Assembly (NCBI GenBank): GCA_964527895.1
Contig: CAZGQI010000001.1
Span: 55,275 to 119,274 of the forward strand
DNA: 64,000 bases
DNA from: an uncultured Comamonadaceae bacterium
GTDB lineage: Bacteria; Bacteroidota; Bacteroidia; Flavobacteriales_D; Sanyastnellaceae
Reading direction: 5' to 3'
The position numbers and the translations under genes are program-made. The notes under the pieces were generated by a model. It searched no databases. It worked only from the letters and a program-made list of their open reading frames with translations, and was not told where the DNA came from. Shown in pieces: positions 26,874 to 34,700 of this stretch; position 1 is the first letter of the stretch; each line of letters opens with the position of its first letter.

Positions 26874-26888
26874 CCGATTGTTCCCCGC

Positions 26889-28223
26889 GTGACGCCTGAG
26901 GCTACGTCCTTGATGGACCATTGGATGAGTTTGGTCGTGGTGGCCGTGCTCTTGGTGATTTCTGCCCTGGTCTCTGGATCAGAGGTGGCGTTTTTCAGTT
27001 TGTCTCCCCAAACGCTCAGCGACCTCGAAGAGGAAGAATCTTCTCGCGCAGAGCGCGTCCTCGACCTCATGCGAACCCCCAACACCACGGAGGGGCCACG
27101 CAACCTGCTGGGGACCATTCTGGTTGTCAACAACCTCGTGAACATCTCCATCGTGCTCATTGCCACGGTGGTTGCGGAAGACCTTTTCCCCAGCGACACC
27201 CTGCCGCCTTGGCTCAACACGCTCATCCACGTGGTGGGCGTCACCTTCCTGTTGGTGCTCTTCGGCGAAGTCATCCCCAAGATTTATGCGACCTCGTTTG
27301 GGGTGCGACTGGCCAAATTCACCGCAGCGCCCTTGGGTGTCCTCCAGGGAATGTTGCGTCCCGCCTGGCTGCCACTCGTGCGCATGGGGCGTTGGATGGA
27401 CGACAAGCTCGAGCCGCCCGCCCGAGAAGTGAGTGTGGAAGACCTTGAACAGGCCTTGGAATTGACCGACAACGCCGAGCGCTCGGAAGACGAGCAACGC
27501 ATCCTCGAAGGCATCGTGAACTTTGGCTCCAAGGACGCCAAGCAAGTCATGACCCCGCGGATGGACATCAGCACCTTTGCCAAGGAAGACACGTGGGCAC
27601 ACGTGCGGGCCACCATCGTGGCTTCCGGGTTCAGCCGCATTCCTGTGCACGAAGGCTCTGCAGACCAAATCGTGGGCATCCTCCACGTGAAAGATTTGCT
27701 GCCCAACCTTCACCAAGATGACCTCGATTGGACGTCTGTGCTGCGCAGTCCGATGTACATCCCGGAGGGCAAAAAAATCGACGATCTCCTTCGCGAATTC
27801 CAGACCAAGAAGGTCCACATGGCCATCGTGGTCGACGAATACGGCGGAACGAGTGGGCTTGTGACGCTCGAAGATGTGCTGGAAGAAATCGTGGGCGAGA
27901 TCGCGGATGAGTTCGACGAGGAAGAGGTGATGCACTCGGTGTTGGACGAACGCACTTTCTTGTTTGAGGCCAAGACGCCCTTGCTGGACGTGTACCGCAT
28001 TTTGGGCTTGGACGAGGACAAATGGGAAGCGGCCAAAGGCGAAAGCGACACCGTTGGTGGATTCATGGTTGAACAATCTGGGCGGCTTTTGCGCAAAGGC
28101 GAGTCCATCGAATTCGAACGGGTTCGCCTCCTTGTCGATGCGGGAGATGCCCGACGCATTCACCGCGTGAAAATCGAGTTGCCTGCCCCTGAGGATGGGG
28201 ATGAATTCCCTGACGAGGCATGA
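26889..28223 (+). CDS. gldE: Gliding motility protein GldE (DUF21/CNNM TM domain - CBS pair - CorC/HlyC)
   Basis: Domain order is read from the translation: SGSEVAFFSLSP, a CBS pair, and the C-terminal EDVLEEIVGEI...D. It sits immediately upstream of gldD and downstream of ssb, as I recall for Flavobacterium johnsoniae. Start is GTG 26889 or ATG 26913. Confidence 0.75.
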   Translation: MTPEATSLMDHWMSLVVVAVLLVISALVSGSEVAFFSLSPQTLSDLEEEESSRAERVLDLMRTPNTTEGPRNLLGTILVVNNLVNISIVLIATVVAEDLFPSDTLPPWLNTLIHVVGVTFLLVLFGEVIPKIYATSFGVRLAKFTAAPLGVLQGMLRPAWLPLVRMGRWMDDKLEPPAREVSVEDLEQALELTDNAERSEDEQRILEGIVNFGSKDAKQVMTPRMDISTFAKEDTWAHVRATIVASGFSRIPVHEGSADQIVGILHVKDLLPNLHQDDLDWTSVLRSPMYIPEGKKIDDLLREFQTKKVHMAIVVDEYGGTSGLVTLEDVLEEIVGEIADEFDEEEVMHSVLDERTFLFEAKTPLLDVYRILGLDEDKWEAAKGESDTVGGFMVEQSGRLLRKGESIEFERVRLLVDAGDARRIHRVKIELPAPEDGDEFPDEA

Positions 28224-28831
28224 ATGATTCCCGCATGTCCATCCGCAGCCTGCCTTTGTGGACATGGCTTGTCGGACTTGTCCTGCTCGCAGGCGCCGTA
28301 GGCTGGTGGATTCAACCTGAAGACCCGGGCGTTCCCAAGCCCTTTGGACAGGTTCGCATCACGCTGCCGGACACGGCCTCCACGATGTATTCCAGCCCGT
28401 GTGCGACGTCGTTTCGGGTTCCCAACCACGCCAAAATTGAACGGCAGGCCACCCGCCCCGGAGAAGTGGGATGCTGGTACAACGTGTCTTTCCCGCGGTT
28501 CAATGCCCGGCTTCACTGCACGGAAATGCCCGTCGAAGGTCGCCTCTCGGCGTTGATGAGCGATGCCCAATCCTTGGTGTTTGGGCACGAAGTGGCGGCC
28601 TCGGGCATCCGACGTCAAGCCCTCGATGTGCCGGGCAAGTCAGGCATGTTGTACATGCTCGAGGGCCCTGTGGCCACGCCCCTGCAGTTTTTTGTCACCG
28701 ACAGCACCACGCACTTCATGCGCGGGTCGCTTTACTTCAACCACGCGCCCAATCCCGACAGCGTGGCCCCGGTCCTGGACCGCATGGAGGCCGACGTACG
28801 GCGCATCATGGAAACGCTGGTTTGGTCGTGA
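28220..28831 (+). CDS. gldD: Gliding motility protein GldD
   Basis: 203 aa. PKPFGQVRITLP...GMLYMLEGPVATPLQFFVTDSTTHFMRGSLYFNHAPNPDSVAPVL...METLVW follows the GldD pattern. ATGA overlap with gldE. Confidence 0.75.
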   Translation: MNDSRMSIRSLPLWTWLVGLVLLAGAVGWWIQPEDPGVPKPFGQVRITLPDTASTMYSSPCATSFRVPNHAKIERQATRPGEVGCWYNVSFPRFNARLHCTEMPVEGRLSALMSDAQSLVFGHEVAASGIRRQALDVPGKSGMLYMLEGPVATPLQFFVTDSTTHFMRGSLYFNHAPNPDSVAPVLDRMEADVRRIMETLVWS

Positions 28832-29592
28832 AACACTGGATTCTCGAGGTCGGCAACACCCGAGCCAAATGGGCTTGCTTCGACGCCCAAGCAGCGCCCT
28901 CAACCTCTCCTGTCGAGGTGCACAGTGCCCCGGCCTCAGACGCCCGCGCCGCCTCCACCTGGCGAGATGCGGTCGGCCCTGAAGACAAGGTCATGGTGAC
29001 CGGCAGTGGCGACTTGGATCCGTGGGCTTCTGTGTTCCCTGAAGCCATGGTCTTGCGTCCAGGGGACCCCACCCCCCTGCCCACAGACGTGACGGCACCC
29101 GAAGGACTGGGACTGGACCGCGTGGCGAATGCCTGGGCCGTGCTTCACCACGGTTTTGCCGACGCCGCATCTCATGACGCTTGGTTGATCGTCGATGTCG
29201 GCACATGCATCACCATGGATGTCGTGCACCAAGGCAAGCACCTCGGTGGAAGCATTTCCCCAGGAATCGAGATGCGCATGCGTGCGATGGCGGAAGGGAC
29301 GGCGCGTTTGCCCCAGCCGGAGTGGCGGACCTCGCAGCCCCATCCCCTTTCTCAAACGAACCACATTGGCCGCAACACCGAGGAAGCGCTGCTGCGCGGC
29401 GGGTTGGGAGGTGCGGCGGCGGAAATTGAGGGAACCTGGGCGTCTTTGACCCAAGAAATCCCAAACCTGGGCGTGGTGTTGACCGGCGGAGACGCTCCAC
29501 GCTTGGAACTCCGCAGCATCCTCCCGAAATTCGCCGACGCTCATTTGACCCTCAAGGGTTTTCACGGACTCCTCAACCACCTCCATGCCTGA
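28828..29592 (+). CDS. coaX: Type III pantothenate kinase
   Basis: The GTG start overlaps the gldD stop (GTGA). The sequence VKHWILEVGNTRAKWACF...GLDRVANAWA...LIVDVGTCITMDVV...GGSISPGIEMRMRAM matches the CoaX motifs. The track ORF from 28471 has a nonsense N-terminal extension inside gldD. Confidence 0.85.
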   Translation: MKHWILEVGNTRAKWACFDAQAAPSTSPVEVHSAPASDARAASTWRDAVGPEDKVMVTGSGDLDPWASVFPEAMVLRPGDPTPLPTDVTAPEGLGLDRVANAWAVLHHGFADAASHDAWLIVDVGTCITMDVVHQGKHLGGSISPGIEMRMRAMAEGTARLPQPEWRTSQPHPLSQTNHIGRNTEEALLRGGLGGAAAEIEGTWASLTQEIPNLGVVLTGGDAPRLELRSILPKFADAHLTLKGFHGLLNHLHA

Positions 29593-31015
29593 TTCATCCA
29601 CCCGAATGCACACGCTCCTTTGCCGAGGCTGGGTCGCGATGTGCCTGGCCCTGCTCACGGGAGGCTTGACGTGGGGACAAGAGACCGATTTCAGTCCGTT
29701 TGCGCGTTTTGGATTGGGCACCGCCCAAGGCAACCTCACGCCGGCTCTGGCCTCCACAGCGGGAATCACCTCCGTGTCCACAAGCGGCCTCATCGTCAAC
29801 GCGGATCAACCTGCCGCTGCAGCCGCCCTCTTGAACCCCACTTTCCAAGGGTCCGTGCACGTGCAACGCATGCAGTTGCAGCAGGGCGGGGTGCCCAACG
29901 CAAATGCCATCACTGGCGGACCGGGCAACTTTGGCCTCGTGGTCAAACGACCGCGCTCCCTGAAGGCCTTGCAGTTGGGCTTGACCCCCATGACGTCCAA
30001 ATCGTTTGGCGTGAGTCGAACCGTGACTGACACCACCCTCGGAGAAATTCAAGAGTCTTACGTCGGGTCAGGTGGCTTGGCCCGGGCCTACCTCGGGCTC
30101 GCCCACGGCTGGCGCGGACGAACCTGGATTGAGGCGGGCGCTGCCGACAGCGTGTTGATCACGGCGCGGGGATTGGACGTAGGCCTCCAGGTGGACCACT
30201 GGTTTGGGGATGCCATCCAAACCTCTGCGCTGGACATCCAAGACATCACCTTCCGCGACGTTCGGAACGTCGTATCGTCGCGCCACCGCGCCACGGGTTG
30301 GGTGTTGGGCGCCGAAGCCTTCCACGTGCTCCGTGCGAGGTACGATGAGTTCAAACAGTTTCGCGGAAGTTGGACCCTGCGCTTGGGTGCCACGTGGAGC
30401 CCAACGCGCAACCTGAACACCGACTTCAGCAGGCTGGTCGAATCCACTTTAATTGTGAACGGTGCCGTGCAAGGCATCGACACCTCGGCCTTTGAGCAAG
30501 CCACCCTCACGGGTGGGGTTCCGCAAGCCTGGACGCTTGGCGGTGGACTTCAATGGGACGGTGGCCGAGGCAACCGCGTTGGCGTGTTCTTCGACCACAA
30601 GCAGCAGGCTTGGGGAGAGGCGAACGAGGATTTGGGCCACCTGATGGATGGCTCTGCCCGATGGGGCGACGCCGTCTCGACTTCGGTCGGCGTGCTTTGG
30701 ACGCCCAGCCGCAAGCCCGGCAAACTCAACCGATCGACCTTCCGTGCGGGGTACATGCAGGCCGTGTTGCCTGTCGTGCTTGACGCCGACGACATGACGT
30801 CTCATCCGCTGGAGGAGTGGCGCGTCAGTTTGGGCATGAACACCCCACTGAAAGGCAGCCGAAGCGCGAGCCAACTGCATCTTGGCATGGATGTTGGTCA
30901 ACGCAGCACAGATTTGACTTCCGTTCACCAGGAATTCAACCTTCGCGTTCATGTTGGCGTCACCCTGACGCCCTTTGCAAAGAACCTTTGGCTGACCCCC
31001 CGGTTGTACGATTGA
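29585..31015 (+). CDS. Uncharacterised outer-membrane beta-barrel protein (signal peptide)
   Basis: The signal peptide LLCRGWVAMCLALLTGGLTWGQ is followed by FSPFARFGLGT and about 450 aa of alternating-strand sequence ending ...NLWLTPRLYD. An alternative start is ATG 29606. No family assigned. Confidence 0.6.
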   Translation: MPDSSTRMHTLLCRGWVAMCLALLTGGLTWGQETDFSPFARFGLGTAQGNLTPALASTAGITSVSTSGLIVNADQPAAAAALLNPTFQGSVHVQRMQLQQGGVPNANAITGGPGNFGLVVKRPRSLKALQLGLTPMTSKSFGVSRTVTDTTLGEIQESYVGSGGLARAYLGLAHGWRGRTWIEAGAADSVLITARGLDVGLQVDHWFGDAIQTSALDIQDITFRDVRNVVSSRHRATGWVLGAEAFHVLRARYDEFKQFRGSWTLRLGATWSPTRNLNTDFSRLVESTLIVNGAVQGIDTSAFEQATLTGGVPQAWTLGGGLQWDGGRGNRVGVFFDHKQQAWGEANEDLGHLMDGSARWGDAVSTSVGVLWTPSRKPGKLNRSTFRAGYMQAVLPVVLDADDMTSHPLEEWRVSLGMNTPLKGSRSASQLHLGMDVGQRSTDLTSVHQEFNLRVHVGVTLTPFAKNLWLTPRLYD

Positions 31016-31059
31016 CAACGCACCACAGACAAACCATTGAACCTGAGAAATTTGAACCC

Positions 31060-32454
31060 ATGAAGGCCCTACAGACCCTCTTTACCGCCCTGGCCGTGTT
31101 GCTTGCGACCACCGTGAGTTTGGCCCAAGACGAACGCTACGGCGACACGCCGGACCAGCAGCTCAAGTGCAAGGAAGCCTTGAGTGTCTACAAGTCCTAC
31201 AAGAAGCAGAAGAACTACGACGAGGCTTACGTTCAATGGAGAAAGGCCTGCGAAGTGTGCCCAGAAACGGCGAGCGAAGGCTTGTATGCGGACGGCGCGT
31301 CCTTCCTTGGCAAGGAATTGAAAAAAGTGGAGGACGAAGACCCTCGCAAGGCGGTCTTGGTGGACAGCCTCCTCTACTTGCACGACAAGCGCATGGAATT
31401 GTACCCAAGCACCAAGCGCAGCCCCAACAACCGCTGTGAAGTACTCGGTCGGAAGGCCACCGACTTCTACAAGTACAACAAGGACCAGCACAAGGCCGCT
31501 TACGAGATGTTCAAAGAAAGCATCGATTGTTTGAAGGAGGAATCCTCGGCCACCACCCTGTACCAATACTACACGGCCAGCTTCTACACCATGAAGCGCG
31601 AGTTGAAGGGAGACACGGTGGCGCAAGCGAACATGCGCGCCCAAATGTTGACCGACTACCTCGCCTTGACAGATTACGTGCAAGCTGGCCTGGCACGCGC
31701 CCAAGAAGCGGGCAAGGACCGCGAAGTCAAGCGTTACGAAAAAGCCAAGGGCAACATTGAAACAGTGTTTGTAGCCATCGCCGACTGCGCCGACATGGTC
31801 CCCGTACTGGATGCCGCTGTGGCAGCCGACCCCGACAACATGGATCTGAAGCTCAAGGTCCTGCGCTTGCTCAACAAGAAGGAGTGCACGGACAACGACT
31901 TGTTCTTGCCCGTGGCCACTGCCGTTTACAGTGTGGAACCCTCCGCACCTGCGGCTTACGCCATCGGCATTGGCTTTGCCAAGGCGAGCCAACTCGATTC
32001 GAGCTTCACGTACATGGAAGACGCTGTGAACCGTTGCGGCGATTGCACGGAGAAGCTGACCTACCTCTTGAAGACAGGCCAAATCGCCAGCGCCATGGGC
32101 CGCACAAGCACCGCCCGCAACTATGCACGTCAGGTGTTGGCCGTCGATGCTGAGAACGCCGACGCCTACATGCTGATTGGCGACGCCATTGCCGGAAGCT
32201 CTGCCGCCTGCAACGACGGCGCGTTGGGCGGGCGCTCGGTGTACTGGGTGGCCAGCGACTACTACGCCAGAGCCAAGCGATTGAACGAAGAACTCGCCGA
32301 GAAGGCCAGCAAGAAAATGGCCAACATGGCCAAGCAGTTCCCCACGGTGGATGACATCTTCACCTACGGCAAGCAAGCGGGTGGATCTTTCACAGTCCCC
32401 AACAAACCCGGGTGTCCCTGCTCCGGGGAGACCACCACCATTCGCGTGCGCTGA
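31060..32454 (+). CDS. Secreted TPR-like helical-repeat protein
   Basis: Signal peptide MKALQTLFTALAVLLATTVSLAQ, then about 440 aa of helical repeats (YDEAYVQWRKACEVCPE..., ADAYMLIGDAIAGS...). The track start 30817 lies inside the previous gene. Confidence 0.65.
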   Translation: MKALQTLFTALAVLLATTVSLAQDERYGDTPDQQLKCKEALSVYKSYKKQKNYDEAYVQWRKACEVCPETASEGLYADGASFLGKELKKVEDEDPRKAVLVDSLLYLHDKRMELYPSTKRSPNNRCEVLGRKATDFYKYNKDQHKAAYEMFKESIDCLKEESSATTLYQYYTASFYTMKRELKGDTVAQANMRAQMLTDYLALTDYVQAGLARAQEAGKDREVKRYEKAKGNIETVFVAIADCADMVPVLDAAVAADPDNMDLKLKVLRLLNKKECTDNDLFLPVATAVYSVEPSAPAAYAIGIGFAKASQLDSSFTYMEDAVNRCGDCTEKLTYLLKTGQIASAMGRTSTARNYARQVLAVDAENADAYMLIGDAIAGSSAACNDGALGGRSVYWVASDYYARAKRLNEELAEKASKKMANMAKQFPTVDDIFTYGKQAGGSFTVPNKPGCPCSGETTTIRVR

Positions 32455-33074
32455 TGGCCTTGCGGCACGCAACGCAACATGCTGGAAACCGCCCACCCCT
32501 CGGGGGATGGGCGGTTTTCTCGTTGTGTGCCTTGTTCATGGCTTGTGGTCCCTCCCCTGAGGCTGAAACCACCCAAGATGCCATGCCAGACATGCGGCCC
32601 TCCCAGGTCGTGGTCGATGGCTACTTCGAATACACCGAACGCGGACGCGTGGTCCAATCGCTCGAGGCTTCCAAATTGGAGCGCTGGGAATCGTCTGAAT
32701 CCGCGGAGGAAACCCCGGATGTGTGGCATGTGGACGGCGGCTTCACCCTGTACATCGGAGGCACCCAAGCGAAGCACAACGCCAAGCTGTCCGCGGTGCG
32801 CGGCACCTACGATGACGAAGCCGGGCGGCTCGAAGCGTGGGAAGAGGTGGTCCTGGTGAACGAAGAAGGGGAGCGGCTGGAAACAGAGCACCTGATCTGG
32901 TCGCACGATTCCGATTTGGTCCGCACAGATCGCCCCGTGGCCATCCACAGTGCACAAGGCGTGCTTCGCGGCCGTGGGCTCACCTCAGACAGCCGATTTG
33001 AGCGGTATGAAATCCTGTCGCCGACGGGGTCCTTTGACCTCGGCATGGACGACACCGCCGCGGAAGGGCGCTGA
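32454..33074 (+). CDS. lptC: LPS export periplasmic protein LptC-like lipoprotein
   Basis: Lipobox FSLCALFMACG. The beta-jellyroll-like pattern AKLSAVRGTYDDEAGRLEAWEEVVLVNEEGERLETEHLIWSHDSDLVRTDRPVAIHSAQGVLRGRGLTSDSRFERYEI fits LptC of Bacteroidota. ATG overlaps the upstream stop by 1 nt. Confidence 0.65.
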   Translation: MALRHATQHAGNRPPLGGWAVFSLCALFMACGPSPEAETTQDAMPDMRPSQVVVDGYFEYTERGRVVQSLEASKLERWESSESAEETPDVWHVDGGFTLYIGGTQAKHNAKLSAVRGTYDDEAGRLEAWEEVVLVNEEGERLETEHLIWSHDSDLVRTDRPVAIHSAQGVLRGRGLTSDSRFERYEILSPTGSFDLGMDDTAAEGR

Positions 33075-33090
33075 ACCCCATCTTTGCACC

Positions 33091-33303
33091 ATGCCTTCTG
33101 AACAAAGTCCCATGCCCTACAAGACCGCGCGCGCCGCGGAACTCTTCTGGCTTGTGGCCTCCATGGCCACAACCCTCTATGTCCTCTACTTGTGGTGGAC
33201 CGAAGACCTGACGCGTTGGACTTTGGGATTGTTCCCATGCATTTCGTGGCTGTGGTACGGCGTGCGACGCGCGTTTCGTTTGCGCATGACGAAACCCGAT
33301 TGA
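33091..33303 (+). CDS. Small (70 aa) two-TM membrane protein, hypothetical
   Basis: MPSEQSPMPYKTARAAELFWLVASMATTLYVLYLWWTEDLTRWTLGLFPCISWLWYGV has two hydrophobic helices. It fills the lptC-CNNM gap, and a TTTG lies 4 nt upstream of the ATG. No homology evidence. Confidence 0.35.
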   Translation: MPSEQSPMPYKTARAAELFWLVASMATTLYVLYLWWTEDLTRWTLGLFPCISWLWYGVRRAFRLRMTKPD

Positions 33304-33342
33304 CGCTCTGACGTATCTTTCGAAGAACGCTACCCCTCCGGC

Positions 33343-34629
33343 ATGGACCCTGACCCTTCGAGTTCGATTCTGATTCTTGCCCTGTCGCTTTTGGCTTCTG
33401 CCTTTTTCTCGGGCATGGAGATGGCCTTTGTGGCGTCCAGCAGGCTTCAAACGGAGCTCAATGCGCAATCCTCCCTTCGCGGCAAAGTCATTGCAGCCCT
33501 TTCCAACCGTCCTCAGTTGTTCATCGCGTCCATGCTGGTCGGCAACAACTTGGCCTTGGTCATTTGTGGCATGGAATCGGGGGCGCTCATCAGCGAATGG
33601 CTGTTTGGGGTCTCGGGATGGCAGGAGGCCACCCAACCCATGTTGGTGCTGGCCACGCAAACGCTGATCACCACCGCCGTGGTGTTGGTGCTGGCTGAAT
33701 TCATGCCCAAATCCCTCTTCCACGCCTCCCCAAACGTCTGGCTTCACGTCATGGCCTACCCCTTGCTCTTGTTGGTGGCGGTGCTGGCCCTTCCCGCGTG
33801 GGTGGTGATGATGTTGAGCAAGACGCTGCTTCGTCCCTTTGTGGGCGGTCAGGTTCAAGTCTCGGTGGAGTCGCTCGGGGTGAGCGACTTGGACCATTTC
33901 TTGAAGGGACTGAGCGGACGAATGGAGCCCGAGCAGGAGTTGGAGCACGAGCTGCAAATCTTGCAGAATGCGCTCGATTTGCCGAGCATCCAGGCCCGGG
34001 ACAGCATGGTCCCACGCAACGAAGTCAGTGGCGTCGAAATCGACACCTCCGTGGAAGCCCTGCAGGACACCTTCGCACAATCGGGCTTCTCGAAATTGGT
34101 TGTGTACAAGGGTGACATTGACCACATCGTGGGGTACGTTCACGCCAAGGATTTGTTTGACCGCCCCGAATCGCTCCGGGCCATTTTGCTGCCCACGTTT
34201 GTGGTCCCAGAGCCCATGGCTGGAGACGAATTGCTGCGTCAATTCCTAAAGCGCCGCCGCCACCTTGCGGTCGTCGTCGACGAGTTTGGCGGCACGGCCG
34301 GCATCCTGACCATGGAGGACATCGTGGAAGAACTCCTCGGAGAAATCGACGACGAACACGACGACGCCGAAGCGGTGGAACACGAGCTTAGAGATGGAGT
34401 GTGGCGGGTGCCCGCGCGACGTGAAATCCGCGTTCTCAATGAACTCCACGGCTGGAACTTGCCTGAAGCCGACCACTACGACACGCTCGGCGGCTTGCTC
34501 CTCGATGCGGCCGGAGACATCCCGCAACAGGGCGCCCTCATCGCGCTGGATGGCCTCTCTTTCGTGGTCCGCGAGGTGGAGGAAAACCGCATCTCTTGGG
34601 TGGAGTTTGTTCCTCCGTCAGAGGGGTAA
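33343..34629 (+). CDS. CNNM/DUF21 - CBS - CorC_HlyC family protein (hemolysin-like; GldE paralogue)
   Basis: MDPDPSS...FFSGMEMAFVASSRL, a CBS pair, and MEDIVEELLGEIDDEHD; the same architecture as gldE. Confidence 0.8.
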   Translation: MDPDPSSSILILALSLLASAFFSGMEMAFVASSRLQTELNAQSSLRGKVIAALSNRPQLFIASMLVGNNLALVICGMESGALISEWLFGVSGWQEATQPMLVLATQTLITTAVVLVLAEFMPKSLFHASPNVWLHVMAYPLLLLVAVLALPAWVVMMLSKTLLRPFVGGQVQVSVESLGVSDLDHFLKGLSGRMEPEQELEHELQILQNALDLPSIQARDSMVPRNEVSGVEIDTSVEALQDTFAQSGFSKLVVYKGDIDHIVGYVHAKDLFDRPESLRAILLPTFVVPEPMAGDELLRQFLKRRRHLAVVVDEFGGTAGILTMEDIVEELLGEIDDEHDDAEAVEHELRDGVWRVPARREIRVLNELHGWNLPEADHYDTLGGLLLDAAGDIPQQGALIALDGLSFVVREVEENRISWVEFVPPSEG

Positions 34630-34662
34630 CAAGCCAAACTTCGTGAGTTGCCCCGGAAACGT

Positions 34663-34670
34663 TATCTTCG
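34663..34670 (+). promoter_or_regulatory. Putative -7 box TATCTTCG upstream of the ppiD-like gene
   Basis: TAnnTT[C]G variant 30 nt upstream of ATG 34701. Confidence 0.3.
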
Positions 34671-34700
34671 CAAACCTTAAAAACGCTAAGCGAGAGGACC

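Noticed and set aside
28471-28827. Long N-terminal extension of coaX in the track
   Set aside because: It lies in an alternative frame of gldD and gives an Arg/Pro/His-rich nonsense translation. The CoaX motifs begin at GTG 28828.
31069-32496. 475-aa minus-strand ORF
   Set aside because: Antisense to the secreted TPR-like gene, which has a clean signal peptide and Lys/Glu/Tyr-containing normal composition. The antisense product is Gly/Val/His/Ala-rich nonsense.
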